From Iphione sp. A-MEVVRFRX5 (Eukaryota): a DNA stretch of 64,000 bases. Numbering within the stretch: the first letter of the stretch is position 1; each line of letters begins with the position of its first letter. The position numbers and the translations under genes were made by a program. The DNA lies in assembly GCA_976226885.1 (NCBI GenBank), contig OZ320318.1, forward strand, positions 83,142,001-83,206,000. The letters are read 5' to 3'. Shown here in pieces: positions 28,506-40,133 of the stretch. The notes beneath the pieces were generated by a model, which had not been told where the DNA came from, ran no database searches, and was given only the letters and a program-made list of their open reading frames with translations.

Positions 28506-28666
28506 GATCTGCCGGAGCTGGTGTGGTTGTTCATTAAGACAATGGCCTCTGGAGGGATGCCTGAACCAAGCTGCACTGTCTGTGGCCCCACCTCGCGGAG
28601 AAGCAGGCCACAACAGGCCAGAGCAGTCCCCAGGCTTAACACACCGAAGCAGATGTATAAAGCATT
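28506..28666 (-). CDS. MS4A-like gene exon 3 (TM3 plus loop)
   Basis: ttacag|NALYICFGVLSLGTALACCGLLLREVGPQTVQLGSGIPPEAIVLMNNHTSSGR|gtaagt, phase 0-2. Confidence 0.8.
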
Positions 28667-30252
28667 CTGTAATCCACACAAAATAAAAGAGAAAATTGGA
28701 TTATTAAAAAAAAGATGCAATAGAGAGAGGGTAAGACATAGGCACGCATATATTCTGATGACATAAAATATTTGTTATCTGTGGATAGTAAAGAAATATC
28801 TGTTTTTCATTAAAATCCAACCATTAGACATGGTAGTTTGGGGCTTGAAAGGTACTGCTCAGCTTACTAAGTAGAGGCCCAGCTGAAATTGAAAAATACA
28901 AGGATGCCCTACATGTGTTATAAGGAGTAACCCCCCTCATGCACTCATTGGACAGAGACATTCTATCTCTAAGAGCAGAATGTACAGCAAGTTACCACTG
29001 TTGGACTTGCAGGACATCTATAAAAATATTCACACGAAATACCAGCTTTATAAAGGTAGAGAATGGAGTGAAACTAGCAGGGCCATATGGCCCTGCGGGA
29101 CACACTGCCACAAGCAGACCGGTAGTGGCCAATTATAGTGCAGATAAAAAAACAGTCTCTTCGTGTGATCTATGTTTATTATCAACATATGAAGAAGATT
29201 TCAGTCCCAAGCTTGCAACCTAGGGCTATTCGAAATCAACGAAGTTCCTTGAGAGAAGGCTTTTTGATGTGAGCACCACCAGATGATTACGATTTTCTTC
29301 TAAAGTCAGAAGACGGACCTTGGGATGATTTCGTAATTTTGCTTCGACTGGTAATTGGAGGAGACGGGTGTAAATGCATGAATAATTCTCTGATAAACGC
29401 GATACCAAGTGCTTGAGGTGGTGGGACACGTTGCCAACTTGGACGGGGTCCTGGAATTGGCGCCCCAAAACTTCGCTATCTAGCAAGAGGTATCAAAACA
29501 TACCTGATGGTATCAATGGATTCTAACTCGGAGCGATCGAACTACATATACATATCTCGGGCTCTTTTCTCCCCTTCTAGTTAAAGTACTATTGATGTTA
29601 GTCCCAATGAACACTAATATGGGAGATATAATTTCCTAATAGTGAGGTGTTCAGAGAGAGAACCTTAGTCTGAACTGATAGTACAATGTATATTACTCGG
29701 ATGCGGCAGAATTTTGCAATTTTGTCTTCTATTCTTGTTGGGTCTGTTCAGTCGGATTTCCATTAAAAAAAACGTTCTCAACAATGCATGCATGTAATAT
29801 TGCATGCTTTTATGTAAATTTTTTAGATTTTAGTAATATGAGTGGTAACATATATGTAACCGGTACACCGATGTACAAAGGATATTTCTCCGTTTTTACC
29901 ATTCTGTAGCCTGGAAGTCTTTGCGAGGTCGCTATTTAAGTTTTTTATTTTACGAGTGCACTACATGTTACATGTTGTATGTATGTATACGTACCACATA
30001 TTATAAAACACATTCATTTGACCGTTAAATCTCAGAAACAAACAGATGGCCAGTGATGTTCAGAAGAAAAGTGTATTGAAAAAAAATCAAGTCGTTTGAA
30101 ACAGACATTTGGAATGTTAAAAGGGCAACAAAATCAAGATAGACGGACGGGTCGGACAGCAGCATTCCTAGCCCCCCCCATGAAAAGGGGGGGGCACACG
30201 TCTTTGATAATCGTGTACATGTATGTGTGTAGTAAGAAAGAAACATACGTAC

Positions 30253-30312
30253 TCTCCACGTTGTGAGGTAGTCTCCGCGGTGTAGGATGCCGGCAATTCC
30301 AAGGCAAATTAT
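30253..30312 (-). CDS. MS4A-like gene exon 2 (TM2)
   Basis: ttcttttag|IICLGIAGILHRGDYLTTWR|gtacgt, 60 nt, phase 0-0. Confidence 0.75.
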
Positions 30313-31889
30313 CTAAAAGAAACAAATATAAAATCACATAATTACACTTCAGCAGGTACATGATCACCATCACTTTATACCTGCTACATTTTGCCAAATG
30401 TTTACAATTTCAAGGTATAATAGAAATGCATTGTGCCAACACAAAATGAAAACTAGACAACTATGTGTATGGGTGATATCTGCAACGCTAAAGATAAAGG
30501 GCATTTCTTAATTAAGACTGAATGGGGCATTGATATATAAGAATTAATTTATTAATATGTAAGAAATAGTCTGAACATTTTATGTGCGTTTAATTGCCAG
30601 GAATGTGCGGTAGATGATCATGATAAGAACCGGTAACGTTCAAATTAAAAACGTATAATGAGTCCTGGAAGACGGAACAGATTGTTAGGAAATACACCTG
30701 GAACCAATGACTCATTGACGGGGGGGGGAGAGTAGAGCATGGGCACACGTGAAATATTTGCAAAGGAATCTGGAGAACCACATCAGTGTGGCCCCAGAAA
30801 CCTTTGACGTCGAATCTAATTTGGGACACTCTGCGCATGAGGTATAATGGGGTTAACGTTATGGTAAGAAGCGTTCTGAAGAGTGCGATGCTTGTCCGGG
30901 CAAGCAGAATCTAAAATGGCAAACAGGTTCTTCGAAAACGTAACTATATCATGATTTTATACACAAGCTGGTCTTTATAATGATGTAAATAGAACTCGGT
31001 TGTATTTGTTCGTAACCCGGGACGAATTCAAAGGACATATAACAGTTCACTTAATGAATGTTAGAGATAGAGAAGATTACAGAAAAGCTCCTACAACAGT
31101 ATATAATGAATATACAGACGAAAATCCTGTCAAAAATGTTCTTTGTTACCTATTATTTGCTCGACTGTCGCTGGAATGCCGTTTAGTAAATAAATACATC
31201 TCAGATAAGCACGACGGTATACCGGGAGAAAGTGTACGTACGTAAGAAAGTTAAAGGAAGACGCACATATAAGAAAGTATGTAAACATATTACTCTGGAG
31301 ATGGAAAAGCATGTTTTATGTTAAAGGTCGATAAACGCTATTAAAAGCACCTATGAGAAAGTAGCAAACGCTTTTGCAATCACGGAGCATCACAAATAGT
31401 AGCACAATGTTACTCACACACTGATGGATCATATATTTTACCAACTGCTTCATCCTACATTTTTTTAAACTGTTATTTACACTGGAGGGTGTATACATCG
31501 AAGTATAACTTGGTCCAGTATCTTACATAGTACTGGGTTTCAGTTTATGATATATAGAATGAGGACAGAGCAGGAGGTGTGTTATGTTACATAGGCACGA
31601 ATCCTGCAGAGAGTTATGATTACAGAGAGAATAGTGATACATATGGACATTATGATCATACTATTTCACTGGTATAATTCATGTTTCTCTTAACAAGTGT
31701 GTCGACCTGTGAGGTCTATTTTCCCATGTCATCAACTGCTCTGGTAGGGTAGGAGAGAGAGAGAGAGAAAGAGAAAGTGAGTGAGTGTATGTGTGTGTGG
31801 TATCTCTCTCTCTTTATAAACCCCTTGATTGCCATCTTGTTTTTGGGTGGTTGGGTGGGCTTGTTTAAGTCCTTCAAGTTTACAAGCCC

Positions 31890-31968
31890 CAGTTCTGCCT
31901 GACTGAGCACACAACAATCAGTTCTGCCTGACTGAGCACATCACCCTCAGTTCTGCCTGACTGAGCAC
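31890..31968. repeat. 29-bp-period tandem repeat x3
   Basis: CAGTTCTGCCTGACTGAGCAC at 31890, 31919 and 31948. Confidence 0.9.
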
Positions 31969-34900
31969 CAGACTGCTATAAACTTATACTGGTAGAAGGG
32001 AGGTATTTGTGAGTGTGTGTGTGCATGTGTGTGCACTGTCAGACCTAAAAATCCCTAAACCAGGTATGTATGTTTGTAGGTGCATTAGCAAAAGGGTAAA
32101 ATTGACATAATTTCACCTATAAAAAACTTGAATTACTACTAAAATTACCCAGTGCCATAGGGCCATGTATACAAATATATATTAATATCAGTCCTTTTGA
32201 GTGAAGGGTTTGAGAGTTATAAGACCCGCAAGTGTGTGATGGAATGTTGGGACACCAGCCAGCAGCATTCCTTAGGTCTCCCCTCTCTTAGAGGTGGGGG
32301 ACAATAATAGTAGGGGTGGCATCATTACCAAGTCCTGCAGTTGAACGCATCTTCTTTTTACCAGTCTAATCAAGGTCAAATTCTATATATACGTAACAAG
32401 GGCCATGCCCTGATTGATAGGTCAATGACTTGCACCCTGACAAATTAGAAGCATTCATATAGTTCTTGGGCCACACCCGGTTGAGTACATAGGGCTACAC
32501 CTGTTTTTGAAGATATAGAATTGTTATTGCGAGGTCCATGACATGCATCCTAGTATATTTCGTAAACACATAGAAGTCACGGGCCATACATGGTCCACTG
32601 AGAGAATCGCCGAACTGACAGTCACACCATTACTACACTCATGTCTTTAAATACAGCGAGCTGATTGGTGAAGGACATCACAAATAGTAAAACATCACCT
32701 GTAGTGATGGTGTCTGGCGATCCCTCCTTTGTAGGGCTATGCTTACTATCTCATGGTACTGTAACACAACTCAAGACGACACAGGTTTCCAAGTTAGTTG
32801 ATCTTTATTCCAACAGGTAGACACTACAAGGTGGCGGATCAGAGCTCTCTGAAAAGCAGTGAGGGGATCCGGTCATTATATACTGATAGCTCACGCCCCT
32901 ATGTCAAGGGTTAGCACCCTTCCGGTCATAGTTCGTAACCCAAGCACATAGGCCGCGACATATCATAACCTTAGGTCATAGGTCTCCGGACCTCTGACCT
33001 GTTCACGTGCTCTTGGGTCAGGACAGGTCAAGAATTACATTAACCCTTGGTCCCACCCTAGCACCCTTCGATGATGGATGTGAAAACTGTCAGCACCCAC
33101 CCTGGAAGTGCCTCGAAATCCCCATTCCGACACAATGTTTGTTTAGACTAACCCGTCACCTGAACATAGTTTATGAGTGTCTACTGGTGTGTGGGATGTC
33201 GATTCCCAGACTATCGATGGCGCCATGTCAGCGACATGATACACCTGTTGTCTGTGAATCGAGGATCCGTGTTAAAAGACTTATATCTATACACTGTACA
33301 ATAGAACTCTCTTTCTTTCACTTACCACTGTGTTTCAGGATCATATTCATTATAGTATATACGCACAATCATATCCTCAATGTACACAAAATCGTATGTA
33401 CACAGTTGCATTCATGAGGTACGCAAAATACAATGTCCATTAAATGACCATAAAACAATGTCCGCATGTCTGCCAAACTCATATGATTCATTTGTATGTG
33501 AAACTCAATGTCCGCAATACGATGTCTGCAAAACTGGATGTCCGCAATATAACACTACTGTGTTACAGTACCTTGTCATTTGCCGTCACGCTGCAATGTC
33601 TTCTGCCTCATAAAATTATTGGGAGGTAAAATTTGTTTCCCATCCATAATTGACCCCATTATTAGCATGTGTGTCCTGCAACATCCAATAGCGATATACT
33701 CCGCGCTTTTACCAAAATTTCCATAGCTCTATGCTGAAATAACATCTGTATTGGGATCAGAATATCTCAACCACTGTTAGACAAGTGGGAAGAGGCCAAA
33801 AACCATCAGAGATGTAACAACAAGGTACACAATCAGATACAATGGACCCATCCGCTCACGCTAGATGGCGTGCACAAATATGACCTAGTTAGAGACCCCT
33901 CAACATTGGAGTGACAGTTTGGCTTGGATCCTACCTAAAAAGCCCCATTTTTCTGCCACTGTAGTTTTGTTAGTTCTGTACCCCCCAAAAAATGTATCAA
34001 ACTTTGACAGAATGATCCTTAATATGTGAGGTACATATGTGCCAAACCTTTTTCTCTTACTGTTAGAGTTTTCAGTACAGGTCAAAGAAAGCTCACCCTC
34101 TTGCTTCAAGTCTCTCACCTCTGCCACATGCACATTGTTTGTTGAGGGAGCACTTTTGTGTACCATGCACTGACTGGCTGTAACTAAAGCAACAGGCCTC
34201 GCCCCTCGCAAAAACACAAACCATGCATCATTGCATCGGGCTCGAGGGGTGGGTTCATTCTTCAAACATACACGTTGTACACACCCTCTGTTTCTCTATG
34301 TCACTGTCTTTATCTCGTACCTTGTCTCTTGCTCTCTCTCTCTTTTTCTCTCTCCACCCCCCTCGGTCTCTCCCTTCCCCACTGTTGCATATGCAGTCAC
34401 AATAAAGGTACTGTGAGTGATAAAACATGTCCAGTGTCTTGATCCCCCAACACTCTCACTCGCCCAGTCAGTTTATAAGCTAGACACTGTTATTCAGCAT
34501 CACAGGCAACTATAGATGTGATCTAGACACCCTCCGTTCTCTGTGTGTCCCACATTCTCTGTGTGTCCCCTCTACTCATATGACATCATGGTCTGATGCA
34601 CTCTTAAATGTTTTCAGTATTACAATGTTAATGTGTTGGTCGCAAATGCAGATGTAAACAAAAATAAAGAATCTATAGTCTGAGAATCTTACAGACAAGT
34701 TAATCAATTTTTAAAAATAAATAGTTGGTAATTCTATCAACACATTAACATTTATAAAGAAACATGTTAGACAAGAAAGTGCTTAGAAGTAAACACTTGT
34801 GTTTAGAATGTGTTTTTGGCATGTTATGGTTCTGAAGTATGAAGTGTACAATTAGTGGGTTACACAAACTTACGTATTAGGACACAGGTGTCTAACTGCC

Positions 34901-35342
34901 CACCTCTCCCCTCCCATGTGGGCTTTTAGTTTCCTTCATCCTCATAGGTTTCATTCTCATCCTATTGCTGTGGGGTTCCTGACTTCTTTGAATAGTGACA
35001 ACAACCAAGATGGCTGACTGTGGTGGCGCCACTGGGCTGTATCTCAGGGAGACACCTAGTGTCCTATGCTGGTACTAAAGTTATTGGTTTTTGTTTTGTC
35101 TTAACGAACACTGAGCTACAAACAGATTCCTGCCTACAATGAGAAGTCTATACATTTATTTTTATGACTCCAATATGCCTACAAACTTATATTAGCTCTA
35201 AGATTGGTAGATTATACTGTAACATGCAGAGACACTTTTCCCGAAATACAGACGGTCAAGAAGCGAAGAGTTACTATACGCATGGTGTTATGACTGGATG
35301 GTTATAATTACGAGGAGAGAGAGAGAAAAGGGTCGAACTTAC

Positions 35343-36134
35343 CATGACGGAGGTCCACAACGGAGCGTAGAAACTCTGCCACCAGGAGAGCAACAATTTA
35401 ACGAGCGCTAACACCAGCATGACCACACCGCACACGAGGAAGAAGAGCCCCGGCAACTTCTCCTCGGCGATCTTCTTGTTGCGCACGTCGACCAGCTCGG
35501 GGATGTCGTCCAGAACGGAGCCGTTCGCCATGTAGGCGGAGCCGCTCTTGGTGTACACCTCCTCGTGGGGTGCGCTCTTGGACGGACGCTTCAGCGTGCC
35601 GATGCTCAAACGCTTCTTCACCTTGCGCCGGCCGAGCGAGCCCGGATACGGCGTGGCGGCCGCCGACGGGTGCGTGGCGGGCCGCCGTCGACTGCGGCCG
35701 CGGTCCGACATGGTGCCGACCAGGTTGAGCGAGCCGAACTCGGGCGTGTCGTCGTCGTAGTCGGCGCCCGGAGACTCCTGACTAGTTCGCCAGCGGCGCA
35801 GCTTCCGCTGCAGGCTGCGCGAGCCGCCGGAACTCAGCGTGCTGCTGATGTTCTTCACCTCGCGCTCGTAGCGGCTCGGCTCGCGCGGCCGGAAGCGCCG
35901 CTCGCGCTTGGGATCGTAGCTGCGGTAAGACTGGACGTCGACGTCCTGCTCGCCCGTCTCCGAGTCCGGCTTGACGTCGTTGTCGTTGGGATCCTTCTTG
36001 AAGTCGGGGATCTTCTCGCGCCGCTTGCCGCCCGACAAGGGGAAGGTGCCCTCGCCGTCCGTGACGAAGAGGCGGCCCCCCGGGGCGAAGGCCACCTCGG
36101 GGATGAGCCGGCTGCGATGTCGCTCGAGGGTCAT
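35343..36134 (-). CDS. Tandem MS4A/CD20-like 8-TM protein, exon 1 (long cytoplasmic N-terminus plus TM1)
   Basis: 264 codons from ATG, ending ...GLFFLVCGVVMLVLALVKLLLSWWQSFYAPLWTSVM at donor atg|gtaagt, phase 0. Strongly GC-rich at third codon positions. Confidence 0.85.
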
Positions 36135-38268
36135 GGTGGATCTCTCCGAAAAATACTGATCAACTGTAGTAGTAGTAGTAGTAGGGGGCCGGTAATTCCA
36201 AACACGGTATAAGCAAAGTACTGAGCTCTACTCAGTGACAAACACACACACAAAACTACTTGTCTCTACGAAGCCTCCCTCAGGTTTCCGAAAAGCCGAT
36301 ATAGTGTAGGGCAGGTCCTTTAAATTATCGAACAATCTCGTCCCCAGGGTAAGGTTTCCAAGTAAGGTGAAACAGGGCGAACAGAGGGTGAAATCTTAAA
36401 GCGTGCCCGGTGTCCTCTGCTCTGGTTGTGGCTCTTTCTAAGACCATTTGTTACTTGGCAGTCTTTTCGGCGGCCTTCGACTGGCTGTCCCCATAAACAG
36501 CTTTATCCTTGGCTGTCCTCCAGGTATACGGATGATGCCTCGGACGGCTTCGACAGGCCGCCATTCCCAACGCCTGCAACTTTCTGGTTCGGGACGACGG
36601 CAGGAAATGTTCCAGCAGGGCTAGGTCGATCTCGAAGAGGGTATATAAGGACGGCTAGAGGGGTGTCAGTCTGCGTCCGTCGAATTTTACTGCATCTACA
36701 CAAAAGAAAAGATAGATACTGTGTGAGATTTTAATAAGTGAATCTCTCTTGTTTTGCATAGTATATATATATATACTCGTATTACTTCGACACTCTAACA
36801 GATGACATTTGCATGAGATTCCAGTGAAGGGAAAGTGGGGACAGGCATGCAAGGAAAGCGAGCAATTGGAAAAGGCAAGAAGGCACAAAAACAATATTTG
36901 TGTAATACAGATTTGCATTTACAAAGATGAAGACACATATCTATTTATATTTCAGGCACACAAACGCATACATATAATTATATTAAACAACCCAACCCTA
37001 CCCCGCCTAAAGCTACAATCCACCCAACACACACTGCCACGAACATGGGGATGTATCTTAGGCCTAGACACATAAATAAAACGTTATTTACATACACGTT
37101 ATGAAAATTATTTCCTTCTTTGCCCCGAGATGAAATGGGGAACTGACAATAAATCGTCCGGTGAAACCTTTCATCATTTAGTATCAAACACACACAAATA
37201 TATATATACATATATCCACATCCTTCACTTTAGTAATATTCATAGTTCCTCCACTTCGACTGCATGTATATTTTTGTGTAATCTGTGATGGTGAATATCA
37301 GAGATATCAAAGTGTTAACTTTGACCAAGAAACGGCTCTTAATCACCAAATCTATAAATTAGGATGGTTATCTGTACAGGTATACATTGCCTCTTTATAG
37401 TGATATCTCTTTTGGGCAAAATGCACCGTCATTCAAGCCTGTGTATACTTTACCCCACACTTCTGGCAGAGGTGGAAAGTGGCAGTTCTGCTCCATTTCT
37501 TCGCCACTCCCGTTAAGGCCAAGAAACAGCCAGCACTAACTTAATGTATCCTACCGTGTATAGTTAAGGAGGCCCACACCCAAAATGATAAATGACATTA
37601 TCTCTATGGATAAAAACATTCTAGCAATCCTTTATAAAAAAAAATACGGTGCTGTAAAGAATCCGAATCTGGTCATCTTTCCGGAGAAATCTGAGGCCAA
37701 AAGTCTCATGTTCAGCTTTTGTTACTCCGATACCATTAGGATCGATATTTTTACATCTACATGTAAAGTTAAACGTCTCTAATCAGGACACCTTTGGTTC
37801 TTTCCCAAACTGTTCCCACTTGAGACATGTCCCTGTTAGATACTATTTTTATATGCGTATTCGTAATACGATCTGTTCTTCCTAAAATACCCCTTTTTAG
37901 AAGCACATCCCTATTGGAGATGTGTCGCTAATGTGGGGGCTTTGCACTGTAGCATCCCTCCATCATTTGAATGATTATATACCATAAGGAACGTTCCTAT
38001 TTCAAAGACACATAAAACCTAAAAAAGACTCCCACCATTATGCGTAAGCCTTCTATTATAATCCATGCTACTTTTGAGTGACTATGGGTGCAGTATCATG
38101 ATAATAAAGGATTTCGCACCTATTGAGGGCAAAGGATATAAGGGTTAGAAAGAAATGTGAAGTCGTAACTGTGTACAGAGTGTATTCGAAGTCAGTGTGA
38201 TAATATAGGATGTTTGTGATGCCGTAGAGAAGATGGGCCGGTGTTTTATGATGACGGAGGGAGTGGTT

Positions 38269-38342
38269 AGTAGTATAGTGGGGTAAGGGGTCGCGAAAAG
38301 TTTCTCCTGATTGGCTGAGCCGTGACCTCTGTGACGTCACAG
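38269..38342 (+). repeat. Left terminal inverted repeat (74 bp)
   Basis: Exact reverse complement of 61432-61505. Contains an E2F-like TTTTCGCG, a CCAAT box and the palindrome CTGTGACGTCACAG (CRE core). Confidence 0.97.
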
Positions 38343-38371
38343 TCTGTGATTCGTCGTTTTCAAAGTTATGC

Positions 38372-38600
38372 AATCAATCTGTTCTGTGATTGGTTGCTTT
38401 CAAAGTATTGCAACACCGATCAGCCTGTTCTGTGATTGGTTGGTTTCAAAGTATTGCAACACCTGTCAGCCTGTTCGATGATTGGATGCTTACGAAGTAT
38501 TGCAACACCTGTCAGCTTGTTCTGTGATTGGCTGCTTACGAAGTATTGCAACACCTGTCAGCCTGCTTTTGTCATTGCTTGCCTATGAAGTAATGCAATA
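38372..38600. repeat. Subterminal 46-bp tandem array (~5 copies), enhancer-like
   Basis: GTATTGCAACA at 38405, 38451, 38497 and 38543, plus a degenerate copy at ~38590. Most units also carry TGATTGG (CCAAT box). Confidence 0.85.
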
Positions 38601-38796
38601 CATATCTCAGTGACGAAGTAAAGCAAATTCGTGGAGCAATATGTGTTTCATTTTTTGTTACAATGTGGTGCAATTCGTATTTCAGTTAGCATGTTGATAC
38701 GAAGTGTTGCAATACGTGTATCAGCCAGTTTGAACGAAATCAGGAAAATGTTTTCTAATTTGTGTATGGCTTGTATGTTTGAAAAAATGAAACAGA

Positions 38797-38869
38797 ACCT
38801 AGATAGCTCAATTGGGAGAGCGTCAGACTGAAGTTCTGAAGGTTCACGGTTCGAACCCGTGTCTAGGTA
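38797..38869 (+). tRNA. tRNA-Phe(GAA) gene inside the Polinton
   Basis: 73-nt cloverleaf with all stems paired: ACCTAGA/TCTAGGT, GCTC/GAGC, TCAGA/TCTGA (loop CT-GAA-GT), CACGG/CCGTG (loop TTCGAAC). A and B boxes intact; T4 run 7 nt downstream. Confidence 0.9.
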
Positions 38870-39037
38870 TATTCATTTTATTGGAAGTAAATTTGTTTCT
38901 AGCTATTGTGTAATATCGTTTCTCCTATGTCCAGACTATAAAAGTCATACAATTGTGTCAGATTTAGCACATTCGTTTCACAGAGGTTGGAGAGAAAAGC
39001 AGTTTTTTCTTCATCTTCACGATTTTATTCATTTACA

Positions 39038-39580
39038 ATGTCTGAGGAGAGAGATTATTCCGCTGTCGATGGATCTATTCAAGCTGATTCATGTATTGAG
39101 TCCGATTCCGGGTGTATTGAGACTGATTCCGGGTGTATTGAGACTGATTCCGGGTTTGTACCGAGCGGTAACAGACCTTTTGCTTGTTCGTTGGAAAGGA
39201 ACACAGCAACCATTCGACCATTGTATGTTAATCCGAAATCACGTTGCAATGTACCAGCATTTCCCAAGTTCAAAGATAAAGAGGTTCGCCGTCAGACGTT
39301 CGCAGGATGGAGCGGTTTGATTGACATAGAAGAACTGGTTCAGAGTGGTTTCTTCTATATAGGAGTAGGAACTGTACAATGCTTTCATTGCGGACTTTGT
39401 CTTCATTCCTGGGAGTCTTCGGATACTCCACACATTGAACATTTGAAGTTTGCACCAGAATGTGCTTTTAATTCTTCATTATCTAAACCGACGCGTCAAA
39501 GAGAATTCTTTGTTACTGTGCTACGTGATATAATCAAAGTTGCTAAGAGTGTTAAAGAACTAAAGGATTCTTTTGTTTGA
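39038..39580 (+). CDS. BIR-domain inhibitor of apoptosis-like protein (single BIR, no RING), ~180 aa
   Basis: RRQTFAGW...LVQSGFFYIGVGTVQCFHCGLCLHSWESSDTPHIEHLKFAPEC carries the BIR CxxC-H-C zinc ligands. ATG at 39038 preferred over the upstream TTG. Confidence 0.9.
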   Translation: MSEERDYSAVDGSIQADSCIESDSGCIETDSGCIETDSGFVPSGNRPFACSLERNTATIRPLYVNPKSRCNVPAFPKFKDKEVRRQTFAGWSGLIDIEELVQSGFFYIGVGTVQCFHCGLCLHSWESSDTPHIEHLKFAPECAFNSSLSKPTRQREFFVTVLRDIIKVAKSVKELKDSFV

Positions 39581-39805
39581 GATGCAAAAAAAAAAAATGT
39601 TTATGTCAAACGAAATATTTTTCAATGTTTATGATGAAATAAAATGCAATAATTGAAAAAAGTGTTGTCTTTTTTATTTAAAATATATCTTGTTTAATTG
39701 AAAAAGAATGATCTTAATAGTTTGAATAATGACGAATCTTAACTAAAATATATTGAATAATGACGAATCTTAACTAATATTGTTGTTCAGTTCTCAAATA
39801 GATAA

Positions 39806-39947
39806 AAGATGGCGCCTTCTTTGAATGAATCATTAACGAAAAAAGTTAGATGGCGCACCTATTTCTGAACCAATGTTAACCAGCTTTTAAGATAATAGAT
39901 GGCGCCTATTTCTGTCTCTTTGTTAACCTGTATTAATAGAGGGCGCC
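39806..39947 (+). promoter_or_regulatory. Cluster of four YY1-like AGATGGCG motifs upstream of ORF 40134
   Basis: AAGATGGCGCC (39806), AGATGGCGC (39848), AGATGGCGCC (39897), AGAGGGCGCC (39938). A likely 5'-UTR intron follows at 40005-40111 (gtaagt...ttttttcag). Confidence 0.55.
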
Positions 39948-40133
39948 TTGAATTTGTCAGCTGTCGTTCCATCACTAGTGACTTATCATCGGATCGAGAA
40001 AGTGGTAAGTTGTATTCATAATTCATTTCTCTTTTTTTTTTTTTTTTTTTTTTGCAATTGTGAATATTTTTTTAAAGTTTAATTTTAATAGTTTTTTGTC
40101 CCTTTTTTCAGTTTTTCCATCTATTGGTTCATC

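Noticed and set aside
32701-32760. 60-nt AG/GT-bounded candidate for MS4A exon 2 (YHEIVSIALQRR...)
   Set aside because: Not hydrophobic; 30253-30312 fits TM2 and mirrors exon 6 much better.
36166-36184. (AGT)n run resembling a second Polinton terminus
   Set aside because: No matching inverted partner or TIR similarity; a simple trinucleotide repeat in the 5' region of the host gene.
35565-36212. 215-aa plus-strand ORF
   Set aside because: Antisense shadow of the GC3-rich exon 1.
38209-38268. Removing the Polinton restores a 62-codon open frame (38209-38268 joined to 61512-61640)
   Set aside because: Too short and without recognisable motifs; not enough to claim a disrupted host exon.
38372-38600. 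Regularly spaced repeats superficially like a CRISPR array
   Set aside because: The whole 46-bp unit is repeated, with no unique spacers; eukaryotic context and no cas genes.
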